From assembly GCA_038214755.1 (NCBI GenBank), contig JBBQRQ010000003.1, positions 1 to 64,000 on the forward strand: a DNA stretch of 64,000 nucleotides, in the 5' to 3' direction. The position numbers and the translations under genes were made by a program. This stretch comes from Verrucomicrobiota bacterium. Lineage in GTDB: Bacteria > Verrucomicrobiota > Verrucomicrobiia > Limisphaerales > CANJXF01. The notes under the pieces were generated by a model. That model did no database searches, was not told where the DNA came from, and worked only from the letters and a program-made list of their open reading frames with translations. Below, in pieces: positions 54,431-63,420 of this stretch; position 1 is the first letter of the stretch; every line of letters begins with the position of its first letter.

Positions 54431-54557
54431 GATCGATGTCCTTTTCGGGACTCGAAAAATTCCCTCGACAAGATGCGGGGCAAAAATCAAAGTCGGGCGT
54501 TTCCTCGCGACAACGTGGTCCTTGGATTCCCAAAAAAAAACGTTAACGCTTACTTAT

Positions 54558-56999
54558 ATGTCATGCCAATCCATTCATCTCCTGCGTCATCGCATCGTCC
54601 AGATTCAACGCGCCGCCGTCAGCAAACTGAGCCTGCTCGTTTGCTTTGGTTTGACGGCTTTGCATCTGCACGGTCAACCGAGTCCGACGGCTGACCAAAA
54701 ATTCTGGACGCCGGATGGACCGATTAATTCCATCCTGGTCACAAACAACACCGTTTACCTCGGCGGCGATTTTTCTTATTTAGGGCCGCGCACCGGACCC
54801 GCAGTGGTGTTTGACCAGACGACGGGACAATTTCTTTTTTCGCCGCAACGAATCAGCGGCATCGTCAAGGCGATTGTGCCTGATGACGCCGGTGGCTGGT
54901 TTATCGGAGGAACGTTTACGAGGATTGGCGACGTCGCCATCACCAACATTGCCCGACTCAATTCTGATTTGTCATTGGATACGAGTTGGAATGCGCGCAT
55001 GGTCGGTACGACCGTGAACGCGCTTCTTTTGGATAGCGGGCGGCTCTATATCGGGGGACAGTTCACTCGCATCAACGGCCAAACTATTGGAAATCTCGCC
55101 GGGGTGAATGCCAGCAATGCCAGCGTGGCGTGGAATCCGCAACTCTCGGGCACGGTGAACGCGATGCGAATTTCCGCCGGTTTGCTCTATGCGGGTGGGA
55201 GCTTCTTTAGCGTGGGGAGTTCGAACGTGCAAAATCTCGTGGCCATTTCGACCGCGACGGCGTTGGCCACAGGTTGGAATCCCGCGCCCGATGCAGCCGT
55301 GCTCGCTTTGGAAGTTTTGGGCAACACCGTCTATGCGGGCGGACAATTCTCCACCATCGGCACGCGGCCTCGGAATCGGCTCGCTTCCGTGGACGCCACC
55401 ACTGGCATCGCTTTCCAAACGTGGAATCCGAATCCGAATGGAGTTGTCCGCGCGATCTCGGTCGTCGGCAGCACCGTTTATGTGGGCGGTGACTTTACCA
55501 CCGTCAGCGCGCAGAACCGACGTGGTTTTGCCGCGCTCAATTCGGGAAATGGCGCAGCGCAGGCATTGAATCTTCAACTCGAAAGTGTGACCACCGCCAA
55601 TCTTGTCCGATCAATCCTGATTCAGGGCAACTCGCTTTACGTGAGCGGTCTTTTCACCAATGCGTTGGGCGCGCCGCATCTCATGGTGGTGGGGATCGAT
55701 ATTCCTTCCGTCACCGCCCTGCCCGTGCCGCTGGCTTCCGATTTCAATGGACCGTTTGGCGCGGCTTTTGGAGCGAACGCGTTGGCCATCGCGAACGGGA
55801 AAGTCTTTGTCGGCGGTGATTTTTTCTCATTTGGCGGTGTCGCCCGCCAACGCGCGGCGGCTCTTTCGTTGACGACTGGAGCCGCTTTACCGTGGGCGCC
55901 GAAATTTTCCGCGCCGGTCTTGAGCATGGCTTACGGGACGAACCGCATTTATGTGGGAGGCAGTTTCACCAACGTGAACACGACCAATTTTGCGCAAGGG
56001 CTGGTGGCGGTAGATCCGCTTATTGGAGATTTGACGCCGTTCAATTTTTTAGGCACGAACCTATCTCAGAACGTCTCGATTCGATCTTTGATCGTTTCTT
56101 CCAACACATTGTATGTCGGCGGTGACTTCACCATCGTCGGCAGTCAACCACGCCGCTTTGTGGCCGCAGTCGATCCCGCCACGGCGGCGCCCAACGCCGG
56201 TTTTAATGCCCGGTTAGGCGGCGGATTTTCCGGTATCAATGCGATGGTATTGGCCGGAACAAATCTCTACATCGCAGGTGATTTTACCACGGTGAATTCA
56301 TTGGCCATTCCACGTCTGGCTGCCGTTTCACGCACCGATGGAACAAACGTGAATTGGATCCCTAATCCAAACCAATCACCGAATGCTTTGGCCGCTACGG
56401 CGGACACTCTTTACGTGGGCGGGTTATTCTCGCAAATCAGCGGAGTCGCGTTGAAAAACTTTGCCGCCTTCAGTCTCCCGGATAATTCGCTTCTGGGCGT
56501 CGATGCCGCGCTGCCTCCCTTTGCGAATGGTGTGACCGCCATTGCCGCGTCACCCGTCACACTTTATGTGGGCGGCTCGTTCGATTCAATCGGGGGAGAA
56601 TTCAGGTTCAACCTCGCGTGTCTGGCCTCATTCAACGCCTCGGCTTACGATTGGGATCCGGCGCCCGACCAACCTCCCACCGTGATTACCTTGACGGACG
56701 ATAGGGCCTTCATAGGCGGTCCCTTTAGATTTCTCGGACGATCTCCTACGAATACGATCAATGCATTTTTGGCGGTGTTTTCGAGAGCGCCTCAATTTAT
56801 CCAAAGCTCGCTTTCGCCAAACAATATTCACCTCGTCACTACGACCGGTGATCGGACTGATGCGGTTTTGCAGGCGGCGACGGACCTGGCCGGTCCGTGG
56901 ATCAGCATTGCCACCAATGATATACCCGGGTTTCGTTGGACAGTGGATTATCCGACGATCTCGCCTCCCCAAAGATTCTTCCGCACCGTCGCGCGGTGA
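54558..56999 (+). CDS. Secreted beta-propeller repeat protein (delta-60-like)
   Basis: About 14 repeats of LYVGGxF..R..LA.V...TG....WNP; signal-like N-terminus; ends RFFRTVAR. Confidence 0.85.
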   Translation: MSCQSIHLLRHRIVQIQRAAVSKLSLLVCFGLTALHLHGQPSPTADQKFWTPDGPINSILVTNNTVYLGGDFSYLGPRTGPAVVFDQTTGQFLFSPQRISGIVKAIVPDDAGGWFIGGTFTRIGDVAITNIARLNSDLSLDTSWNARMVGTTVNALLLDSGRLYIGGQFTRINGQTIGNLAGVNASNASVAWNPQLSGTVNAMRISAGLLYAGGSFFSVGSSNVQNLVAISTATALATGWNPAPDAAVLALEVLGNTVYAGGQFSTIGTRPRNRLASVDATTGIAFQTWNPNPNGVVRAISVVGSTVYVGGDFTTVSAQNRRGFAALNSGNGAAQALNLQLESVTTANLVRSILIQGNSLYVSGLFTNALGAPHLMVVGIDIPSVTALPVPLASDFNGPFGAAFGANALAIANGKVFVGGDFFSFGGVARQRAAALSLTTGAALPWAPKFSAPVLSMAYGTNRIYVGGSFTNVNTTNFAQGLVAVDPLIGDLTPFNFLGTNLSQNVSIRSLIVSSNTLYVGGDFTIVGSQPRRFVAAVDPATAAPNAGFNARLGGGFSGINAMVLAGTNLYIAGDFTTVNSLAIPRLAAVSRTDGTNVNWIPNPNQSPNALAATADTLYVGGLFSQISGVALKNFAAFSLPDNSLLGVDAALPPFANGVTAIAASPVTLYVGGSFDSIGGEFRFNLACLASFNASAYDWDPAPDQPPTVITLTDDRAFIGGPFRFLGRSPTNTINAFLAVFSRAPQFIQSSLSPNNIHLVTTTGDRTDAVLQAATDLAGPWISIATNDIPGFRWTVDYPTISPPQRFFRTVAR

Positions 57000-57069
57000 A
57001 ATGAAATTCACGCAGGGACGTGGCGAAATTTCAACTATCTCTCGGGGACAGGAGAAAAACGCGAATTTG

Positions 57070-57317
57070 CAGCGAGTTTTAAATCGATTTGTTTCCGAAA
57101 GGCTCCGCCACTTTAGGGTTTGGAATCTGACCGCCGTTCCGAAGAAACATTTGACCATAGCCCGGCGTTAACGCCGGGTATCACGCGACAAGACGTCGAG
57201 TCCCGAAGGGACGGCCGAAATCAATCCCACAAAAATGTTTCGTTGTGTTTCATCTCGTGATTTTTCAAAAACGACGTGAACTCTTTCTCAAAAATTACCG
57301 ATAATGTTCCGCCCAGC
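57070..57317 (-). repeat. Decayed tnpA 3' end plus hairpin unit, copy 2
   Basis: Shares GTTTGGAATCT.ACCGC.GTTCCGAAG.AACAT.TGACCATAGCCCGGCGTT and TTTCATCTCGTGATTTTT with copy 1. Confidence 0.75.
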
Positions 57318-57318
57318 T

Positions 57319-57921
57319 TTATTTTGGTTCCAATCGTTGACGCCAAAACTCGGCCAGCGGTTTCCAATCCAATTGGTCCGCAGCTCGTAAAGCGCGGATG
57401 TAGATACGCCGGACTTCATCAGTTTCGGGAGCGAGTTCGACCAGCGGTAAATCAAGGTGCCGAAGCAGTTCTGCCAAGAACAATCTTGTCACCCGTCCGT
57501 TGAAATCAGGAAACGGATGAATGGAAAGCAACTGTCCTTCGGCAAAGGCGAGCGTTTCGAGAAGCAACGGATCGTCTGGCGCTGTGATCGCCTCAAGACG
57601 AGCATTCAAATCGGCAAAATAATTCCGAAGGAGAATCGGAATTTGATGCGCCGCCGGAGGCTGATGTTCGCCCACTTTCACTTCCCTGGCGCGAAGGCGT
57701 CCAGCCCACTCGGGAATCAAATCTCCGCAGATTGCTTGGTGAAGTTGGCAGAGCAGGGATTCATCCAATGGCTTTGCAGAAAAAAAGCCTTCTTCAATAT
57801 CCTCTTGTGTTCGCAACACCCGCTCGGCCAGCAATGGCGCAAGCTGAGAATAAGAAAGAATGTCGCGCGTGGTTTCTACGAAACGCGTGGCGTGCGGCGG
57901 TTGTGTAGAGCCTTCAGCCAT
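57319..57921 (-). CDS. Fic-domain toxin (class I)
   Basis: IHPFPDFNGRVTR Fic motif; WAGRLR..EV.VG. Confidence 0.9.
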   Translation of the reverse strand: MAEGSTQPPHATRFVETTRDILSYSQLAPLLAERVLRTQEDIEEGFFSAKPLDESLLCQLHQAICGDLIPEWAGRLRAREVKVGEHQPPAAHQIPILLRNYFADLNARLEAITAPDDPLLLETLAFAEGQLLSIHPFPDFNGRVTRLFLAELLRHLDLPLVELAPETDEVRRIYIRALRAADQLDWKPLAEFWRQRLEPK

Positions 57922-58052
57922 TCGAGATCAACGGGTTCACCTTCAAAAGCCATGCTGGCGGCAACTTGTCGCGGAATTTCCTTCCAACGCCGCGCCTTGC
58001 GTTCTGCTGGCGAAAGTTTTCGCCAATGCGCAATGTTTTGTTGCCAAGTCAT
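57876..58052 (-). CDS. Fic antitoxin (VbhA-like)
   Basis: 58 aa with inhibitory motif SMAFEG, matching (S/T)xxxE(G/N); overlaps the fic start. Confidence 0.8.
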   Translation of the reverse strand: MTWQQNIAHWRKLSPAERKARRWKEIPRQVAASMAFEGEPVDLEWLKALHNRRTPRVS

Positions 58053-58079
58053 GACGGGAACGTAGCGGAACAATACGAG

Positions 58080-58298
58080 TTAAGGAAGCAGGACTTTCCA
58101 GAATGCGAACGTGTGCTTTTTCAACAACGCGGTGAACTCCTCTTGAAAAGTCATTTTCCGATGATGTTCCTCCTGGTTCTTGATGTAGGCGATGATCGTT
58201 TCGAGTTGCGAAACGCTGACGCTGAATGCGCCATACTTTATCTGCCACGCAAATAATCTTTGGTCAGGAAAATTCTCATGAATCCATTTCGAGGAACC
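58080..58298 (-). pseudogene. tnpA: Second fragment of the same HUH transposase (C-terminal half)
   Basis: GSSKWIHENFPDQRLFAWQIKYGAFSVSVSQLETIIAYIKNQEEHHRKMTFQEEF. Nearly identical to 53717-53830 where they overlap. Confidence 0.85.
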
Positions 58299-58315
58299 GT
58301 GGTGCCGAATCGTAT

Positions 58316-58345
58316 CGTAGGGCAGGCTTTCGAGCCTGCCGGTGA
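58316..58345. repeat. Single REP of the smc-insert family
   Basis: CGTAGGGCAGGCTTTCGAGCCTGCCGGTG matches the reverse complement of 49716-49744 apart from two loop bases. Confidence 0.85.
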
Positions 58346-58428
58346 GCGCGAATTCCTAGCCCGACTTGGCGGATTCGAGGAGTTTAGCTGAATTGGATTT
58401 GCAAAAAAAAATCTATTTCAACAACGCC

Positions 58429-59441
58429 TTAAAGCGCGCGGCTCAACGTGATTTCGTCGGCGAATTCCAAACCGCCGACACGCCTTCCCGCGCCACTTGC
58501 CAGGGAATTCCCCCGCCGCCAGCGCCGCATGAATTCCGTCATCAACTCGCTGGTGCCCTTGTCGCTGACTTTCCAATGACTGGCCAACACGCTCTCCGCT
58601 CCCTTAATCCTAAACGCGCGGCGCAACGACATCACGCCTTCGCCAATCTTCACCTCGCCCGAACCGGAGTCGCACGCGCTGAGGATCACCAATTCCGTTC
58701 CCTGCAAATTGAGCAGCGACGCCTCCAATCCGGTGAGCACGCCGTCTTCCGCGTCAAACCTCGTAGCAGCCGACGTGAGGAGGCTCTGAACTCCCGGTTG
58801 AGAGTTGGTAGTTGAGAGGTGAGAGGTTGAGGTTAGAGCCTCCTCACGTCGGCTGCTACCAACCAGATTCGTCGCGTGATTCGCCCCGGCCAACGCGATG
58901 CCGTAACGCACCAGCGGATTTTCCCAATCGTTTTGTGGTAGGGAAGCGTTCCACCGCGTCCCTGAATTCCTCACGAATGAATCCAATGAATCCATCGAAT
59001 TCGTATGTTTCAATTCCTGATCGCTCAGAAAAAATCCATGCGTGGCCAGATGCAACACGCGCGGCGAAACTACCGCTTTCAATTCCGCCTCACGCGCTTC
59101 GGCGCCGAGTTTCAAAACAGCGTCATCGCCCAGCAACTTCGCCACCGAACGCGCTTCTTCCGCCGCGCTCGGCAACGGTGTAAATTTGAACCCACGAAAC
59201 GAACGGCTCAAAAACTTCATCGGAGGGACGCGCTCCACAAGTCCCAAACCTTTTTTCGGAGAAATGGTCTCCGCAGGTCCCGAACCCGTTCCGTTTTTCC
59301 CAATTAAATCAGGGACTTGCGGAGCGCGTCCCTCCGGAAATGAATTCAAATCCAAATCGAAATCTGGTTTGCCCATGACCAGCGATTTTGAACTTTGAAC
59401 CTTAAACTTTGAACTCGTTCGCGCGAGCCGGACAATACCTT
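58429..59441 (-). pseudogene. CHAT (caspase HetF-associated) domain, partial copy B (5'-less, altered C-terminus)
   Basis: VLHLATHGFF, LVILSACDSG and GEGV.SLRRAF..GA.SVLASHWKVSD. Homology with copy A starts at IVRLA. Confidence 0.85.
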
Positions 59442-59488
59442 GACGAACACCTTGCCACTCGGGACGCCGATAGATTAAGTTTGTGACC

Positions 59489-59797
59489 ATGACAACAGCA
59501 GCCACCGTTCCCCACATTCGCCTCGATGACCGAGGACGCACCTGGGTGGACGACACGAATGTGAAAGTCATCGAGATTGCGCTGGATCATCTCGCTTACG
59601 GCTGGAGCGCGGAAACCATCCAGGAAAATCATCCTCATCTTTCGCTGGCCCAGGCTTATGCCGCACTGGCGTGGTATTATGACCATCAAACGGAAATGGA
59701 TGCCGAGATTAAGCGGCAAGGAGAGCGGGTAAAAGCCCTTCGCGCCGAGGCCAAACCGTCGCCTCTCGCCCAACGAGTTTTGCGTCGCGGCGCATGA
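59489..59797 (+). CDS. DUF433 antitoxin
   Basis: G.S.E.I...HPHLSLAQ.YAALAWYYDH; overlaps the PIN gene. Confidence 0.88.
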   Translation: MTTAATVPHIRLDDRGRTWVDDTNVKVIEIALDHLAYGWSAETIQENHPHLSLAQAYAALAWYYDHQTEMDAEIKRQGERVKALRAEAKPSPLAQRVLRRGA

Positions 59798-60135
59798 GCC
59801 TCGGCCTTTATATGGATGTTCATGTTCCGCTGCCCGTCACGCGTGGTTTGCGGCGACGCGGGGTGGACGTGCTGACCGCTCAGGAGGACAAAACCACGAG
59901 CCTTCCCGATCCAGAATTGCTCGACCGGGCCACTGCGCTGGGCCGCATCCTCTTCTCGCAGGATGACGATTTGGTGGCGGAAGCTGTGCGTCGCCAACGG
60001 AAGGGAGAACCATTCGCCACCGTCGTCTATGCGCGACAACTCGACCTCTCGATTGGACGTTGCATCATGGATTTGGAAGCCCTGGCCAAAGCGGCTGAAC
60101 CCGGCGATGAGCAAGGTCAGATCATCTTTCTGTGA
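59794..60135 (+). CDS. DUF5615 PIN-like toxin
   Basis: LYMDVHV....LR..GVDV..A...DPELL..A...GRIL.SQD.D. Confidence 0.88.
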   Translation: MSLGLYMDVHVPLPVTRGLRRRGVDVLTAQEDKTTSLPDPELLDRATALGRILFSQDDDLVAEAVRRQRKGEPFATVVYARQLDLSIGRCIMDLEALAKAAEPGDEQGQIIFL

Positions 60136-60362
60136 AGAAATTCTGGCGAATGGCCGGAAAGCCGCCAGAACTTACCCAGAGCCGGGACTGATGCCTTTGG
60201 AGCCAAGCAGATTTCTTTGACTGGGAAAAAATGTGAAGCGCTCTTCGGTGGTTGGAAAGAAGCCCAAAAAACTCTCCGTAACCGACCAAGGCGAGAAAGT
60301 TGTCATTACTTTTGACTCACCCCTTTCAGGGTAATGAGCTTCACGAAGATGTTAACGGAATG

Positions 60363-61799
60363 TCATCGCCACTGCCCCGTCAACGTGAACGCGGCCCAAA
60401 AGTAGGGATTGGAGTAATCACTTTTCATTCCCTTCGAGCGCAAAGACGACAACTGCGCCTCGCGCCAAGCCTTCGCGCGCGGTTCGCCCGAATGCCAGCG
60501 ACGCATGAATTCTGTCATCAACTCGCTGGTGGCCTTGTCGCTCACTTTCCAATGACTGGCCAATACGCTCTCCGCTCCCGCAATCCTGAACGCGCGGCGC
60601 AACGACATTACGCCTTCGCCGATCTTCACCTCGCCGGAACCGGACTCGCACGCGCTGAGGATCACCAATTCCGTTCCCTGCAAATTGAGCAGCGACGCTT
60701 CCAATCCGGTGAGCACGCCGTCCTCGGCGTCAAACCTCGTAGCAGCCGACGTGAGGAGGCTCTGAACTCCCGGTTGAGAGTTGGTAGTTGAAGGTTGAGA
60801 GGTTGAGGTTAGAGCCTCCTCACGTCGGCTGCTACCAATCAGATTCGTCGCATGATTCGCGCCCGCCAGCGCGATGCCGCAACGCACCAGCGGATTTTCC
60901 CAATCATTATTCGGTACGGCGAGACTCCGTCGAGCCGTGAAATTATTTCCGGCCAGCAACGAATCGCCCATCGAATTCGTCTGTTTCAATTCCTGATCGC
61001 TCAGAAAAAAACCATGCGTGGCCAGGTGCAACACGCGCGGAGAAACCACCGCCTTCAATTCCGCCTCACGCGCGTCGACGCCAAGTTTCAAAACCGCGTC
61101 GTCGCTCAGCAATTTCGCCACCGAACGCGCTTCATCCGCCGCGCTCGGCAACGGCGTAAAGTTGAACCCGCGAAACGAACGGCTCAAAAACTTCGTAGCA
61201 GCCGACGTGAGGAGGCTCTGATTTCCGGGTTGAGAGTTGAAAGTTGGGAGTTGAGAGTTTGATTTCAGAGCCTCCTCACGTCGGCTGCTACGTGGCGCTG
61301 GCAAATCCAAATCGAAATCCGGATTGCCCATGACCAACGACTTTGAACTTTGAACTTTAGACTTTGAACTCGCTTGGTTTGCCAAGCGAACAATCTCCCG
61401 CCCACTTGTGACGTAGCTGATGGTTTTTTCTTCCAGCAAAAACTTATTGCCGACAGGAAGTATCTCGAACGGCAAGCGACTCAACTGGCCATCGGGACAA
61501 ATAATCAGGTGCGAAACATTCGTCAGATATTTGGCGAGCGGCGCATAAACCAATTCGCTCAAGCGTTGCAAAGCGGGCGGCAAATCGCGCGCGGCAAATT
61601 GTCCAGCGGACATCCGTTTGCAAATCAACTCCACAGTCTCATTGACCGGCGCAGCTTCGCCCAAATCCACGCGCTCGACGATGATGTTGGTGGAGTCACG
61701 CGCCAGCGGAAAAGTGAGATACGCGGCGTAACGTCGCTCCTTCCATTGGTTCGTCTTGGCGGCAAAATCGTAATGCTGATACTGAATGAAATCCACTAG
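60363..61799 (-). pseudogene. CHAT-domain protein copy A, 5' part removed at the IS1182 junction
   Basis: LIICPDGQL..LPFE.L, HLATHGFF, LSACESG and NPYFWAAFTLTG. The frame runs into the IS terminal repeat at CTAG 61796-61799. Confidence 0.88.
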
Positions 61800-63420
61800 C
61801 AGCCTGTCGGACTTAGCCGAAAGATTTTTTAAAAATTTTTGAATGCGAGGAGGCGTGCGAGCATCAGTAAAATATGCCTGCACGATTCGTCAATCTCGAC
61901 CGCCAAACACCGATGTTCCTGCCGTGCGATCTGCGGGATTGGATTCCCGACGGTCACATCGTTCACTTCATCCTGGAGGCCGTCGAGCAGATGCCCCTGG
62001 CCCATTTTCACGTCAATCATCGGGGCACCGGCAGCGAACAATACCCTCCGGCCATGATGCTGGCCCTGCTGATTTACTGTTAGGCCACCGGGCGCTTTGG
62101 CTCGCGCACCATCGAAGCGGCGACTTACAGCGACGTGGCCGTGCGCTACCTTTGCGCCAACACGCATCCCGATCACGATTCGATTTGCACGTTCCGCACC
62201 CAGCATGAAACGGCCTTTCGCGCGGCGTTTGTCCGCGTGCTGCAACTGGCGCAGGAATTGCGCCTGAGCAAAGTCGGGGCGGTCAGCGTGGATGGAACCA
62301 AAATTCAAGCCAACGCCAGCAAACATGCGGCGGTGAGCTATCAGCGCGCCGGTGAAATGATCGCGCAATTGGAACTGGAAGTGAATCAACTGCTGGAGCG
62401 GGCCCAACAAGCCGAGGCGCAGGAAAGCCAGGAGCCGCTGGACATCCCCGCCGAACTTAAACGGCGCGAGAACCGTAAAGCGGCGTTGCAAAAAGCGCGG
62501 CAGATCATCGAGGAACGGGCCAAGGAAATGGCCGCGGCGCAGCAAGCCGACTACGAAGCCAAACAGGCGGCGCGACAACAGCAACGCGACGCGGGGAAAA
62601 AGCCGCGCGGCAAGGAGCCAAAGCCACCGAGTGCGGAGCCTGAGCCCAAAGCGCAATATAATTTTACCGATCCGCAGAGCCGGATCATGAAAGCCGGCAG
62701 CGGGAACCATTTCGAGCAGGCGTATAACGCGCAAGCGGCGGTGGACCAAGCGATGTTGATTGTGGGAGAGCGAGTGAGCGAGGCTCCCAATGACAAAGAG
62801 GAACTGGCGCCGACGGTGGCAGCGATCAGCCCGGTGGTGGCAGCCGAAGTCAAGGCGGTGTTGGCGGACAGCGGATTTTACAGCGAGGCGGCGGTGGCGG
62901 CGGTGGAGCAAAACGCCGATGGGACACCGAGCGGTCTCACGGTTTATGCGGCGGTGGAAAAACATTCCCATCACAAAACGGTGGAAGACTTATTGCCGCA
63001 AGCCGAACCTGATGCGCCGGGATCGGAAGCTGGCGCCAAAGAGAAGATGGCGCACCGATTGAAAACGGAGAAGGGAAAGGCGCTTTACAAATTACGCAAG
63101 CAAACGGTGGAGCCGGTGTTTGGGATCATCAAGGAAGTGATGGGCTTTCGGAGGTTTTTACTGAGGGGGCGGGCGAAAGTAAGTTTGGAATGGACGCTGG
63201 TGTGCGTGAGTTACAATCTCAAGCGGTTGTTCGCGCTCAAAAACCTGGCGATGGCGGGATAAAAAGGAGCCCAAGCGGTCGGGTTGGGCAAAAAGAGGGA
63301 GGAACGATGTCCCAAAGCGTATCCGGGCCATGATGAGATAACTAAAAATGAATTTTCCCAGCGGGCTGGCAACATACAAAAACCCGCGACTGAAATTTTT
63401 TTCTCAAGCCCGACAGGCTG
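61800..63420 (+). mobile_element. IS1182-family insertion sequence (1621 bp)
   Basis: TIRs CAGCCTGTCGG(A/G)CTT at both ends; CTAG on both sides (61796-99 and 63421-24). Confidence 0.92.
61874..63262 (+). pseudogene. IS1182 transposase with in-frame TAG at 62081-62083
   Basis: LLIYC*ATGRFGSR (Tyr expected); PDHDSI..FR, VDGTKI.ANASK, YNAQAAVD, ADSGFYS and RKQTVEPVFG.IK. Confidence 0.92.

Noticed and set aside
59442..59571. N-terminal extension of CHAT copy B given in the ORF track
   Set aside because: It is the antisense of the DUF433 gene and its upstream region; homology to copy A starts only at IVRLA.
8737..61370. CRISPR array or integron attC array
   Set aside because: Repeats are dispersed inverted doublets, not regularly spaced direct repeats with unique spacers. 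No cas genes, integron integrase or RYYYAAC/GTTRRRY boxes were recognised.
32031..61799. Diversity-generating retroelement (Avd-like gene with CHAT or Rhs duplicates as TR/VR)
   Set aside because: No reverse transcriptase in the window. Differences between duplicates are not adenine-specific and include block replacements.
52284..62083. Amber recoding or pyrrolysine, suggested by two in-frame TAGs plus a PylB-like radical SAM gene
   Set aside because: TAG ends intact genes at their expected C-termini (gltD, smc, Uma2, prepilin). The transposase TAG replaces an expected Tyr, and no pylS/C/D/T is visible. Simple nonsense mutations fit better.
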